A stretch of DNA of 64,000 bases from Candidatus Kaiserbacteria bacterium RIFCSPHIGHO2_01_FULL_46_22 (GCA_001779595.1 MFKO01000002.1:22279-86278); one strand, 5' to 3'; positions 28,645-39,072 are shown, numbered from the stretch's first letter. Program-made: numbers and translations. Notes: a model not told the origin generated them from the sequence alone.

Positions 28645-30672
28645 TTAGATACCAATCAGTACTGGAATCACCATCGGAGTCTTGTTGGTCTTTTGCATTA
28701 GGAAGCCAGAAACAGTGTTGGAAAGTTCATCCTTCACATAATCTAGATCAAGAGGATGCATTTTCTCAGTATGCTTCTCAACAGTTTTTTTGATGAGAAT
28801 GCGGGCTTCTGATAGTAGCTGTTGGTTCTCACGCAAGTAAACGAAGCCACGAGAAATAATGTCAGGCGACTTACGCAGCTTTCCGTTCTTGGTATTGACG
28901 GTCGCGATGATAACGAACATACCGTCTTCAGCGAGTGTCTGGCGGTCACGCAGCACCACTTCCTGCTTGGTGCCCACTGTGAAGCCATCTACCATCACAA
29001 GTTCGGTAGGGGCCTTTGCTTTTTGTACGGTCATCTCACCATTCTTGAAGTCGATTAGGAAGCCGTTGTCTGGTACCACAATGTTTTCGCGAGGGAAACC
29101 GTTTTCGATTGCCGTATACATATGGCTCTTCAAGTGGTAATGGTGGCCGTGTACTGGGATCAAGAATTTCGGACGAATCGCCTGACGTACCCAATTTAGT
29201 TCACCAGCATTACCGTGGCCAGAGGAGTGCACTGCCGCGCTGCGGTAGTTGATAACCTTCACATTCTTGCGGTAGATATTGTCCTTTAATTTCTGAACAG
29301 CAATCTCGTTACCGGGAATCACCGATGAAGACAACACAATAGTGTCGCGTTCAGTTAGTGTGATCTGCTTATGCTTATCGGTTGCGATTCGCATCAGAGC
29401 AGCAAATTCCTCACCCTGCGCACCAGTGGAAAGGATAACGATGCGATCTGATGGGTAGTCGCCCATATCACCAGCATTGATAAATATTTTATCGTCAACT
29501 TCCAATAGTTTTGCTGTCCGAGCGATGTCTATGTTGGTTTTGATACTGCGACCTTCCAGTACGACTTTTTTGCCGTATTTCTCGCAGGATTTTATGATCG
29601 AAGTTAGTCGCTCAAATTGTGAAGCAAACGTACCAATGATCATACGGCCGGTACTGTTTTTGATGATGGCATCAAGATTTGAAAGAACCAAACCTTCCGA
29701 TGCAGAAAATCCCTCACGGTCAGCATTGGTCGAGTCACAAATCAAAACTAGGTTGTTGTTTTTGCCCATCTTCTCCCAGCTCTCACGTTCATCCAAATCC
29801 ACTTCACCATCTTCATGAGTAAGGCGGATGTCACCAGTGATTACAATATCGCCCTGGTTGGTCTCCACAGATACTCCCATCGCGTCAGGAATTGAGTGAG
29901 TGACAGGGAAGGTTTTGATTCTCATCTTGCCAACAGTGAAAGAATCACCCTCTTTGACAACGTGCATATCAACAGGGTCTAGATGAGGAAATTCTTCTTG
30001 ACGCTTCTTGATCATTAGTGAGGTCAAGTACTGGGTGTAAATTGGCGGGTTACCAATACGTTCCATTACAAATGGAATACCACCGATGTGATCGAGGTGT
30101 CCGTGAGTGACTACTAGAGCTCGGATCTTATGCTTTCGTTCCTCGACATACTGAGTATTAGGCAAGATGTAGTTGATACCTGGAGCGTTAGATTCTTCGG
30201 ATACGAATTGAAAACCAATGTCGAAAATAACCATGTCGTCCTTTGTTTCAACCACTGTCATGTTACGACCGATTTCTTCAACGCCGCTCATCGGAATCAC
30301 ACGTACAGTCTCGTCATCAGTAATTTCTGGCAGGCGAGGAGATTTCTCGTCAGTGACAGAAATACGGTGTTGAAGAGCCGGCGCTTTGTTGGAGCGGCGT
30401 TTGTTCGCAAAGCGAGAAGGACGGCGAGAGCCACCGCGTCGCTCGCCGGCACTGTCATTGGTGCGGCCAGCAGGGCGGGGTGCGGCGCTTTTTGTTTCTG
30501 TGCTGACACCAGTAGCACTACCTGTGCCTGTACCAGCTACATTGTTGCGGGAGGGCGCACCACGATAGTTACTGCGTGAGCCAAAACGGGTTCGGCTTCC
30601 GCCGCTACCACCAAATGGACGTCGGCGACTACCGCCTGTGGCCTTTGGTCCATTATTTTGATTATTATCCAT
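28645..30672 (-). CDS. rnj: Ribonuclease J with long R/G/S-rich N-terminal extension
   Basis: EEIGRNM, THGHLDHIGG, THSIPD, DSTNA, HSSGH, PVHG. Confidence 0.95.
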   Translation of the reverse strand: MDNNQNNGPKATGGSRRRPFGGSGGSRTRFGSRSNYRGAPSRNNVAGTGTGSATGVSTETKSAAPRPAGRTNDSAGERRGGSRRPSRFANKRRSNKAPALQHRISVTDEKSPRLPEITDDETVRVIPMSGVEEIGRNMTVVETKDDMVIFDIGFQFVSEESNAPGINYILPNTQYVEERKHKIRALVVTHGHLDHIGGIPFVMERIGNPPIYTQYLTSLMIKKRQEEFPHLDPVDMHVVKEGDSFTVGKMRIKTFPVTHSIPDAMGVSVETNQGDIVITGDIRLTHEDGEVDLDERESWEKMGKNNNLVLICDSTNADREGFSASEGLVLSNLDAIIKNSTGRMIIGTFASQFERLTSIIKSCEKYGKKVVLEGRSIKTNIDIARTAKLLEVDDKIFINAGDMGDYPSDRIVILSTGAQGEEFAALMRIATDKHKQITLTERDTIVLSSSVIPGNEIAVQKLKDNIYRKNVKVINYRSAAVHSSGHGNAGELNWVRQAIRPKFLIPVHGHHYHLKSHMYTAIENGFPRENIVVPDNGFLIDFKNGEMTVQKAKAPTELVMVDGFTVGTKQEVVLRDRQTLAEDGMFVIIATVNTKNGKLRKSPDIISRGFVYLRENQQLLSEARILIKKTVEKHTEKMHPLDLDYVKDELSNTVSGFLMQKTNKTPMVIPVLIGI

Positions 30673-30713
30673 ATTAGTTAGTTAAATTTTTAATTAAGTT
30701 GATTTTCAATAAG

Positions 30714-32450
30714 TTAGTTTTGCTCGGTAAAAAATGGCCAAACTCCATTCTCGTTGGTGTACCATTTTGTTACGTTGGCGAATCGTTCGCTCGGTCGCTG
30801 CAATCGTTTCATCTCCGTAGTCTTGATGCGAGAACTTACAACGTATTCAAAAGAGGGAGCAAATAAGAAGGTGGCCGGTTGTTCATTGGCGATCTCGGTA
30901 GCAAAGCGTCCTAATAGATCGTTGCGTGAATCGCTGGATGTGGCAGTACGTAGTTCTGCTACTAGTTGATCAACTGCGATGTTGGCGTAAAGAGAGACGT
31001 TCAGTCCTGGGTCTTCTCTTTGTGATGAGTGCCAAAACGGATAGAGATCAAGCGAGCGTCCAATGTCAGCTCCGAAAAGCAAAACCTGATAGTCACGTGG
31101 TCGAATGATAGTTTGCACTAGGTCACTCTGTTCGTATAGTTCCACTGATACATCTACTCCTAGTTCCTGCCAGACCCTTGTCAGATAGCTGCTAACCGTT
31201 TCGAAAAGCAGACTGTTTCCTGAACGCATAGTCAATGTTAGCGGAGTGTCGATGTCGTCGATATTCTTTTCATAGCGGCCGTTTTCACCGATTGACCAAC
31301 CGCCAGCTTCAAGGATTTGTCGAGCGGCCTGTATACGTTCTTCTTCTGTGGAATAACCTGATTCCGTCTCTGGTATATCAGTGAAGTCAGGAGGAAGAGG
31401 AGAGTTGGCGACTCGGCCATAACCGTTCACAGCAAGCTTGAGTAACTCGTTGCGGTCAACCACTACAGATAGTGCTTCACGAACCGCCTTGTCTCGCAGG
31501 GCAGAGTTTTTGTTCTGGTTATAAAAAACTGAAAAGATGCGCGGAAGTGGTTCGCTGATGAAATTAAAATCAGCTCGGGGTACCTCTGGAAGCCAACGTT
31601 CCGTCAGAGCCGCAGTGGCGTTGATCTCGCCTTCTTTAAGTGCATTTAAAATTGCTTCTTCGTTTTGATAGAAACGAATAGTTATATGATTGAGATTGGT
31701 TTTCTCATTGTAGTGCGGCGATACGCGTAGCTTGTATTCAGATACCAATCCGGCTGGATTACGGCCGATTTCTTCAACTTCGTAAGGACCGCTACCAATT
31801 GGCTCGATATTGCGTTGGCTGAATGGCAACTCTTCATCAGACAATGTCTCCCAGATGTGTTTTGGCAAGATGCCAACAGTTAGGTTTTCTGCGAACGGCG
31901 CATAGGGGTTTTCCAACACAAAGTTTATTTCGTGTCGCCCAATTAGTTCTACCGTCACGCCGCTCCAGTTGCCCAAAAGCGGGGATTTCAAACTAGGATT
32001 CTGAATTAAGGCCACTGTGTAAGCGACGTCTTCAGCCGTTACTGATGAACCGTCATGCCATTTGCGATCTTGGCGCAAAATAACGTTATAGACCCTTCCA
32101 TCATCTGAGACTGTGACTGACTCAGCCAAATCATTCTCGAACTCACCCGTTGGAGACAGCTTTAGGATTCCGCTGTAAGTGAGCGCGACTAAGTCATGAT
32201 CAGCGCGGGTAATTGCAAGGACAGGATTAATGAAACGCGGACTACCTACAGAGCCTTCTACCAAACGTCCACCATCTTCGGGAACGCTCACCAAAAAGGA
32301 CCGGTTGAGAGAAACAACGTTGATGATAAGTGAGACAAAAAAGATCAGAAATAACGCACCGAAAATTAGTCGGTCGAAAGGTCTTAGTTGGTCAAGATAG
32401 TTGAACCAGCGGTCCAACCAGCTTGAGCGAGGGAGTAGGGGCAGGCTCAT
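30714..32450 (-). CDS. Peptide ABC transporter substrate-binding protein (OppA/DppA family)
   Basis: DLAES..VS.DG, WHDG..VTAEDV, PIGSGPY, VREAL. Confidence 0.85.
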   Translation of the reverse strand: MSLPLLPRSSWLDRWFNYLDQLRPFDRLIFGALFLIFFVSLIINVVSLNRSFLVSVPEDGGRLVEGSVGSPRFINPVLAITRADHDLVALTYSGILKLSPTGEFENDLAESVTVSDDGRVYNVILRQDRKWHDGSSVTAEDVAYTVALIQNPSLKSPLLGNWSGVTVELIGRHEINFVLENPYAPFAENLTVGILPKHIWETLSDEELPFSQRNIEPIGSGPYEVEEIGRNPAGLVSEYKLRVSPHYNEKTNLNHITIRFYQNEEAILNALKEGEINATAALTERWLPEVPRADFNFISEPLPRIFSVFYNQNKNSALRDKAVREALSVVVDRNELLKLAVNGYGRVANSPLPPDFTDIPETESGYSTEEERIQAARQILEAGGWSIGENGRYEKNIDDIDTPLTLTMRSGNSLLFETVSSYLTRVWQELGVDVSVELYEQSDLVQTIIRPRDYQVLLFGADIGRSLDLYPFWHSSQREDPGLNVSLYANIAVDQLVAELRTATSSDSRNDLLGRFATEIANEQPATFLFAPSFEYVVSSRIKTTEMKRLQRPSERFANVTKWYTNENGVWPFFTEQN

Positions 32451-32539
32451 TTAAGTAAGCGAAGTTGTTAACAAAACCCGTTTAGGGTCAATACAATACA
32501 TTCCAAGGAAATTCGACCGTCTGCCGAAGGGAAATTGGT

Positions 32540-32782
32540 CTAGAAGGCTATGTTGAGGAGTGCGGAAAGCACAAACAAAACCGCCAAGACTATGGTAAGA
32601 CGGAAAAGGAAAAGTTCACTGCCGCGGCGCTTATGAAAAGCCGCAGAGAAATTATCACCTCCAAAAGCTCCGCCCAAGCTCGATCCGCGTTGCTGCAATA
32701 GAATAGTTGCAATCAATAATACGGAGAGAGCGATCTGGATGTAAGGCAGTACCGGAAGTACGACTGATCGGACGAATTCCAT
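32540..32782 (-). CDS. secG: Preprotein translocase subunit SecG
   Basis: ILLQQRGSSLGGAFGG...RRGSE..LFRLT between two TMs. Confidence 0.9.
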   Translation of the reverse strand: MEFVRSVVLPVLPYIQIALSVLLIATILLQQRGSSLGGAFGGDNFSAAFHKRRGSELFLFRLTIVLAVLFVLSALLNIAF

Positions 32783-32965
32783 GTCGTTGACAACGATATC
32801 ATAGCGACTTAAAAACGGCAAACGAACAAGGGGTGGTCAAAATATACCCGGAAATATTGAGATCGTTGAGAGTTTATACAGTTTCAACTATAATCAGTGC
32901 GCTACGGTGGAGTGTGTCCGAAATGTCTTGGTCTACCGAGTATTAAAATTAAAACTTTTTTATCT

Positions 32966-33277
32966 ATGTCAGAAATCAATCTCAAGCCACTCGCTGATCG
33001 TGTTGTGGTCCGTCCGCTGACCGATGAAGAAGCGGGAAACGTGTCTGCATCCGGAATCATTATTCCTGATACTGCAAAGGAGGAAAAACCAGAGCAGGGT
33101 GTGGTAATGGCAGTAGGTGCTGGTAAGTGGGACGAAGATGGCGAAAAGCGTTTGCCACTCGATGTAAAGGTGGGTGACCGGATAGTGTTTTCGAAGTATG
33201 GCTACGACGAAGTGAAGTTGAGCGGTGAAAAGTACTATATTCTGTCTGAAACAAGTATCTTAGCGATTATTAACTAG
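32966..33277 (+). CDS. groES: Co-chaperonin GroES
   Basis: LKPLADRVVV, SGIIIPDTAKE.KP, VKVGD.IVFSKY. Confidence 0.97.
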   Translation: MSEINLKPLADRVVVRPLTDEEAGNVSASGIIIPDTAKEEKPEQGVVMAVGAGKWDEDGEKRLPLDVKVGDRIVFSKYGYDEVKLSGEKYYILSETSILAIIN

Positions 33278-33304
33278 ACCTGAAAGTAAAACCAAATAAA
33301 AAAT

Positions 33305-34960
33305 ATGGCAAAGCAGGTTATTTTCGATGAAGAGGTAAAGAAGAAGCTCAAGGCTGGTGTTGATACTGTCGCCAATGCTGTGAAAGTAACACTGGGTCCG
33401 CGCGGCCGTAATGTGGTTCTTGATAAAGGTTATGGCGGCCCTACTATCACGAACGATGGTGTTTCGATTGCTAAAGAGATCACTCTCCGCGACAAATTTG
33501 AAAATATGGGTGCGGAGATTGTGAAGGAAGTTGCCAACAAGACCAATGAACAAGCTGGCGACGGTACTACTACTGCTACTGTTCTGACTCAGGCATTGGT
33601 ACACGAAGGTCTGCGGCAGACTTCGATGGGCCTTAATTCAATGGCGGTTCGTCATGGAATGGAGCATGCGGCCGCTGACGTGGTAGAGACTTTGCGTAAG
33701 ATGGCGACGCAGGTTTCAAATTCCGACGAGATCAAACAAGTCGCTACCATCTCAGCAGAATCAGCCGAGATTGGTGAGAAGATTGCTGAAACCATTGAAA
33801 AGGTTGGTAAAGACGGTGTGGTAACTGTAGAGGAAGGCCAGACAATGGGCATCGAAACTGAATACACCGAAGGAATGGAATTCGATAAGGGATTTGTCTC
33901 GGCTTATATGGTGACCAATACCGAGAGAATGGAAGCTGAGTACAAAGACGCGCAAATTCTGATTACTGACAAGAAGGTTTCCAGTGTTAAAGATATCTTG
34001 CCACTATTGGAAAAGGTGGCGCAGGCTGGCCGCAAAGAACTCGTCATTATTGCTGACGATGTTGATGGGGAAGCACTGACCACTTTTGTTGTGAATAAGT
34101 TGAAAGGTGGATTCTCAGTATTGGCTATCAAGGCCCCGGGCTATGGCGACCGAAAGAAAGAGATGTTGCAAGACATCGCGGCTTTAACTGGAGGTCAGTT
34201 GGTCAGCGAAGAACTTGGCCGTAAGCTTGAAAACACGGAACTTTCCGATCTTGGTCGGGCCGATCGTGTTACCTCTAATAAAGACAAAACCATTATCGTT
34301 GGTGGCGCAGGTGACAAGAAAGCAATCGAAGACCGGGTGGCTTCTTTGCGAAAGATATTGGAGGATACAACTTCCAAATACGATAAAGAAAAACTAGAAG
34401 AACGGATTGCAAAACTCACGGGCGGAGTGGCTGTACTTCGAGTTGGTGCTGCGACTGAGACAGAAATGAAGTATCTAAAGCTCAAGATCGAAGATGCTGT
34501 TAATGCTACTAAGGCAGCTCTCGAAGAAGGTATTGTGCCAGGCGGCGGTATTGCGCTCACTCGTGCCGCGGCGATCGTTGAAAAAGAAATTCTTGATAAA
34601 AAAGATCTAGAGCGTGAAGAGATGGTTGGTTACAACATTGTGCTAAAGGCACTTGAAGTGCCTTTGCGACAGATTGCAGACAACACCGGCAAGATTGACG
34701 GTGCCGTCGTGGTGCAAAAAGTTAAAGAATCCGGTGGCAACAGTGGTTACGATGCTTACAAAGGCGAGTTTGTGGAAGATATGATTGCAGCTGGCATCAT
34801 TGACCCAGTTAAGGTAGAACGCGCGGCGGTACAAAATGCTGTGTCGGCCGCTGCTATACTGCTCACTTCGGAAGTGGCGATTGCTGATGAGCCGGAAGAT
34901 TCTAAACATTCACATGGTGGAGGCGGTGGAGGAATGCAAGATATGGGTGGGATGTATTAA
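33305..34960 (+). CDS. groEL: Chaperonin GroEL
   Basis: [21 protein letters not shown] tail. Confidence 0.99.
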   Translation: MAKQVIFDEEVKKKLKAGVDTVANAVKVTLGPRGRNVVLDKGYGGPTITNDGVSIAKEITLRDKFENMGAEIVKEVANKTNEQAGDGTTTATVLTQALVHEGLRQTSMGLNSMAVRHGMEHAAADVVETLRKMATQVSNSDEIKQVATISAESAEIGEKIAETIEKVGKDGVVTVEEGQTMGIETEYTEGMEFDKGFVSAYMVTNTERMEAEYKDAQILITDKKVSSVKDILPLLEKVAQAGRKELVIIADDVDGEALTTFVVNKLKGGFSVLAIKAPGYGDRKKEMLQDIAALTGGQLVSEELGRKLENTELSDLGRADRVTSNKDKTIIVGGAGDKKAIEDRVASLRKILEDTTSKYDKEKLEERIAKLTGGVAVLRVGAATETEMKYLKLKIEDAVNATKAALEEGIVPGGGIALTRAAAIVEKEILDKKDLEREEMVGYNIVLKALEVPLRQIADNTGKIDGAVVVQKVKESGGNSGYDAYKGEFVEDMIAAGIIDPVKVERAAVQNAVSAAAILLTSEVAIADEPEDSKHSHGGGGGGMQDMGGMY

Positions 34961-34962
34961 AA

Positions 34963-35080
34963 CTTTCAAAATCCGCCCATAAGCACCAGTTTCGGAAATT
35001 TTACTCGGTCAATGTAGGAGCCTCTACACCTCCCTCATAAAATTTCCTCCAACTGGCACTTCTGCATCCAATTTTGAAAG
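34963..35080. repeat. Long nested imperfect palindrome (MITE/REP-like)
   Basis: ctttcaaaat/attttgaaag, ccagtt/aactgg, ggaaatttta/taaaatttcc, tgtag/ctaca. Confidence 0.7.
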
Positions 35081-35140
35081 CTTTAAAATTTGAGAATAAT
35101 AAAACGGGGCGAGACTCATCTGAGTCCGCCCCGTTTGCGT

Positions 35141-35521
35141 TTATTCTCGCGCGATCCTTGCGATTGTCTCGGCAAGAACCTTTGAGACGACCGGAGTTCG
35201 TATGAACTCAACTCTTGCCTTGTTGAAGTCAAAGTTGAACAATGTCTCCCTTTCGGGGGTCATAAAGAGAATCGGTCCATCCTTCCAATTTGTGTTTCGT
35301 AGATGTTGGATGTCCCTTATGCCGACCTGCCGACTGGCGATCCAGTCGTAAACGACAACCAATTTAAACTCGCCGAACGCGGTGGTTTCGGTGAGTTCGA
35401 TCAGTTTCTCCGCTACTTCTCCGGAGGGACTGAAAACAACCCTACAACCTACATTGGACAGGTTGGTTTGTGCCTCGTGCGATTCTCCAATGCATAAGAC
35501 TTTGACCATTTGCTCAAACAT
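35141..35521 (-). CDS. Degenerate CheY-like receiver-fold protein (orphan, SD-led)
   Basis: Beta/alpha pattern KVLCI..LVVVYD..PILFMT..FIRTP; TTGACA(35587)-16-TACGAT; AAGGAG SD; terminator 35102-35136. Confidence 0.55.
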   Translation of the reverse strand: MFEQMVKVLCIGESHEAQTNLSNVGCRVVFSPSGEVAEKLIELTETTAFGEFKLVVVYDWIASRQVGIRDIQHLRNTNWKDGPILFMTPERETLFNFDFNKARVEFIRTPVVSKVLAETIARIARE

Positions 35522-35634
35522 CGCGCATTCTCCTTGTTGCGAGGTGACAATCTGGCCGTATCGTACAATAACTTGCATTTGTGTCAAAAATGCTAAAATG
35601 AAGGTATTAAAATAATTTCCTAATAATTCTCTCT

Positions 35635-36222
35635 ATGAGCCCAATGATTATTGCTGTAGTTGTCCTAGTTGTTGTTGGAGTGTGGATAGTTTGGGCGTAC
35701 AACCGTTTTGTTCGTTTGGTTCAACACACTAGCGAAGCTTGGGCGGACATTGATGTGCAGTTGAAGCGACGTTACGACCTCATTCCAAACTTGATCGAGT
35801 CGGTAAAAGGTTATATGGGTCATGAGCGAGGAACTTTGGATGATGTTACTGAAGCACGCGCCAAGGCTACTCAAGTTCATGTTGATCCAACTAACATAAC
35901 TCCAGATCAGATTAGAGCCATGGCAGAGTCAGAAGGTGCTCTATCTGCTTCGCTTGGAAAGTTGCTGGCAGTAGCGGAAAGTTACCCTGACCTTAAAGCC
36001 AGTCAGAACTTCGTTGAGCTGCAACGGGAACTTACCGATACTGAAAACAAAATCCAAGCTGCTCGCCGCTTTTACAACGGCAATGTGCGCGACCTTGGTA
36101 TTGCACTAGAGTCATTCCCAAATAATATCATCGGCAATGCATTCAACTTCAAAGGTCGAGAATACTTTGAACTTGGTGAAAACGAAGAAGCTGCTCGTGA
36201 ACCAGTGAAGGTACAATTCTAA
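35635..36222 (+). CDS. lemA: LemA family protein
   Basis: WADIDVQLKRRYDLIPNL, ESYPDLKAS.NF, ARRFYN. Confidence 0.95.
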   Translation: MSPMIIAVVVLVVVGVWIVWAYNRFVRLVQHTSEAWADIDVQLKRRYDLIPNLIESVKGYMGHERGTLDDVTEARAKATQVHVDPTNITPDQIRAMAESEGALSASLGKLLAVAESYPDLKASQNFVELQRELTDTENKIQAARRFYNGNVRDLGIALESFPNNIIGNAFNFKGREYFELGENEEAAREPVKVQF

Positions 36223-36228
36223 TCAGTT

Positions 36229-36654
36229 ATGAAGCGCTACACGGTAGGGTTGATATTTAACTCAACTTTAACTGAGGTGGTGTTGATGGATAAGACTCAT
36301 CCTGATTGGCAGAAAGGAAAGCTAAATGGAATCGGTGGTCGCATTGAGGATGGAGAGTCTAGCGTAGATTGTATTGTGCGCGAAACAAGGGAGGAGACTG
36401 ATCTGGAAACCATATCTTCGAATTGGCAGTTGTTTGCAACTATCGCAGAAGGTGACTCCGAGGTTGATTTTTTTGGTTTAGTACATTTTGGCTCAAAAGA
36501 TGATATCAAAACAGTTACTGATGAAAAAGTGAGTTGGTATCCAGTCAAAGCAATACCTGAAAATGCGATCATGAACATACATTGGCTTATTCCGATGGCG
36601 ATGGAAAAGTTGAAGGGAGGAATTTTTGATATTGCAAAAATAAAGTATAAATAG
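36229..36654 (+). CDS. NUDIX hydrolase
   Basis: GGRIEDGESSVDCIVRETREETDL Nudix box. Confidence 0.9.
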   Translation: MKRYTVGLIFNSTLTEVVLMDKTHPDWQKGKLNGIGGRIEDGESSVDCIVRETREETDLETISSNWQLFATIAEGDSEVDFFGLVHFGSKDDIKTVTDEKVSWYPVKAIPENAIMNIHWLIPMAMEKLKGGIFDIAKIKYK

Positions 36655-36657
36655 AAT

Positions 36658-37557
36658 ATGGCCACTCTATATACACAACAGTCAAAGAATGTGCGAAAGA
36701 CTTGGTTCTTGATGGCAATGTTTTTTGCGATCGTGATAGCAATTGGATATTTTCTCAATTGGTACTATGGCAATCCATTAATAATGTATGTGGCGATTGG
36801 TTTTGCTCTCTTTATGAACATCGCGAGCTACTGGTGGAGTGACAAGCTCGTTATAAAGATGACTGGTGCAAAGGAGGCTGATCCGCGCGAGCATTATGAT
36901 CTTATTAAAGTGGTAGAAAATCTTTCTATTACTGCCGGCCTGCCAATGCCTAAGGTGTACTTTGTAGAAGATCCTGCACCTAATGCTTTTGCGACTGGTC
37001 GTGATCCTAAACATGCTGTAGTGGCTGCAACCACAGGCCTTTTGGCTATTCTTGATCGCACCGAATTGGAAGGGGTGATGGCACACGAACTTTCGCACGT
37101 TGGTAACCGCGATATGCTAGTTTCCACAGTGGCGGTTGTGCTAGCTGGCTTTGTAGCGATAGTGGCGGATATGTTTATGCGCTCAATGCTGTGGGGCGGC
37201 AATGACCGAGATAACAAAGCAGGCGCAATCCTACTTATAGTAGGCATTGTCGGTATCATTCTTGCACCGATCGCCGCGCAACTCATACAAATGGCGATTT
37301 CACGAAAGCGTGAGTATTTGGCTGATGCGACTGGTGCACTGCTTACTCGTTATCCAGAAGGTTTGGCTTCGGCTCTTGAAAAGATCAATGCCTATGGCCG
37401 ACCGATGGCCCGCGCTAACAACGCCACCGCACACCTTTTTATCGCTGACCCTTTTGGTCCAGAAAAGCACACATTGGGGCAGAAGATTTCCAATCTTTTC
37501 CAGACGCATCCGCCAGCAGGCGAACGTATTCGTATTCTTCGCGAAATGAATCATTGA
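36658..37557 (+). CDS. htpX: Zinc metalloprotease HtpX (M48)
   Basis: PNAFATG, AHELSHV, SRKREYLAD, THPP. Confidence 0.95.
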   Translation: MATLYTQQSKNVRKTWFLMAMFFAIVIAIGYFLNWYYGNPLIMYVAIGFALFMNIASYWWSDKLVIKMTGAKEADPREHYDLIKVVENLSITAGLPMPKVYFVEDPAPNAFATGRDPKHAVVAATTGLLAILDRTELEGVMAHELSHVGNRDMLVSTVAVVLAGFVAIVADMFMRSMLWGGNDRDNKAGAILLIVGIVGIILAPIAAQLIQMAISRKREYLADATGALLTRYPEGLASALEKINAYGRPMARANNATAHLFIADPFGPEKHTLGQKISNLFQTHPPAGERIRILREMNH

Positions 37558-37681
37558 GATTGGTGAAAATCGCGATCTGCGTCGTTGAGCTACGGAAAAT
37601 AACACTCACTGAACAGTCCTAGTTCACCTCGTGTTATTTTCCTTACTCGCCTTGCATCTCATCGATTTTCAACAATCTCAA
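37554..37681. repeat. Long nested imperfect palindrome (MITE/REP-like)
   Basis: ttgagattggtgaaaatcg/cgattttcaacaatctcaa; ggaaaataacac/gtgttattttcc; tgaac/gttca. Confidence 0.75.
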
Positions 37682-37714
37682 ACATAAGATGCCTTTGTGT
37701 TATAAAGTAAGTAT

Positions 37715-38068
37715 ATGGTCCGCCGCCACAGCATAAAAAGAGAAAAAGTCCTGAACGTGCTTCAACGTCACCACGGTGCTCTTTCTGCGGCAGAGATTCA
37801 CTTGAAGCTTAAAGATATGGACATCACTACGGTTTACCGTAATCTCGAATTGTTCGTAAAAGATGGGACAATCAAGAAGTTAAACCTGGGAGGAGATGAG
37901 GCGCAGTACGAATACACAAAAGAACCGCACCATCACGCGATTTGCAGTGACTGCAATAGAGTTCTACATTTTTCAGTGCCTACAGATATGTTGAAAGAAT
38001 TGCTCAAGCTGCCGGACTTTGAAACCAAATCAATAGAAATCACAGTCCGTGGGAACTGCAAGCATTAA
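37715..38068 (+). CDS. Fur-family transcriptional regulator
   Basis: TTVYRNL, HHHAICSDC, C-terminal GNC. Confidence 0.9.
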   Translation: MVRRHSIKREKVLNVLQRHHGALSAAEIHLKLKDMDITTVYRNLELFVKDGTIKKLNLGGDEAQYEYTKEPHHHAICSDCNRVLHFSVPTDMLKELLKLPDFETKSIEITVRGNCKH

Positions 38069-38123
38069 GAAAATAAAGAAAACCGCCGCATCAGATGCGG
38101 CGGTTTTCTTCGCTGTAATTGAG

Positions 38124-38510
38124 CTACATAAAGTACGCACTCCAGGTGAGATACACACCGATTATAGCTATTATCGCGCTGGCGATAATAAGCATTTGAG
38201 AATTTTCAGTCATCCACTTGCCAGAGCGCTCGGCCCAGGCCGGCATTATTGTGCAAGCCAAACCTTTGAGTAGAAGAAGCCAACCGAAAAGACTCAACAG
38301 CATTTCCGGTAATGTCTCCCACATATTATGTGCATTGATTTGGGCTACACCGATGACAATCGCCGCCATACCAAACAACCAGACTGCGAATGGTTCTCTT
38401 CCGAATTCACGATAGATTTTTATGTAGTGGTCACGATTGATAAACATACCAAGTCCTACGGCCAACATAGCTGGTCCCCAGAGCCCGGCGAGGAACATAG
38501 TTATCTCCAT
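38124..38510 (-). CDS. Hypothetical 4-TM membrane protein
   Basis: Hydrophobic ORF; shares terminator 38076-38110 with the Fur gene. Confidence 0.7.
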   Translation of the reverse strand: MEITMFLAGLWGPAMLAVGLGMFINRDHYIKIYREFGREPFAVWLFGMAAIVIGVAQINAHNMWETLPEMLLSLFGWLLLLKGLACTIMPAWAERSGKWMTENSQMLIIASAIIAIIGVYLTWSAYFM

Positions 38511-38692
38511 ACGTTTGAAATTAGTTTTTAATATCCGTCACTTATATTTTAATCCTTTCATCACACGAATTATGCTTTCGCAAGTTGGAAAGTGTGCATA
38601 AGTCACGAGTAATTTCATGCACTCTTCATGCTTGTTGCTCATTTAGTGCATGCTAATCTGATAACAGGAAAGAAAATTCAAGGGAGGAGTAG

Positions 38693-39004
38693 ATGATTCA
38701 TGTCTACGTACAAATAATCGATGTGCCTCCCGGCTTTGCTCCGCCGGAAATCAGGGAGCAGTGGAAGAAGATTGTTCTTCCTGTAATTACTGAGAGTGAA
38801 ATGGCGACTAATCCTCCCAATACGAGATACGGGGTGGACGCCGCAAATGTGGGAGGGTTTACAGTGTCTAGACCCAGGGCAGTGGCCGCTTTAACAAAGC
38901 GTGGCAGAAGCGAAGCCGCTGGATTTTGGACAGGATTCCCATTTGGTCCTTATTTGCAGTTCAGGAAAGATGTCTGTCGGGTGATAAGAGTGGTCAGCCG
39001 ATGA
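38693..39004 (+). CDS. Orphan hypothetical protein (SD-led)
   Basis: GGGAGGAG SD; terminator 39022-39050. Confidence 0.6.
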   Translation: MIHVYVQIIDVPPGFAPPEIREQWKKIVLPVITESEMATNPPNTRYGVDAANVGGFTVSRPRAVAALTKRGRSEAAGFWTGFPFGPYLQFRKDVCRVIRVVSR

Positions 39005-39055
39005 AAGGTCTGCACAAAGTTAAAACCGCCGGCAAGCTTACCGGCGGTTTATGTT

Positions 39056-39072
39056 TGGCGGAGGGTGAGGGA
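39056..39072 (-). repeat. Direct duplication of the tRNA-Ser 3' end
   Basis: tggcggagggtgaggga matches 39216-39230 (gcggagggtgaggga) and restores a CCA end. Confidence 0.85.

Noticed and set aside
32880-32965. CIRCE operator before groES
   Set aside because: TTAGCACTC-N9-GAGTGCTAA is absent; only a weak cggtgga/tctaccg hairpin is present.
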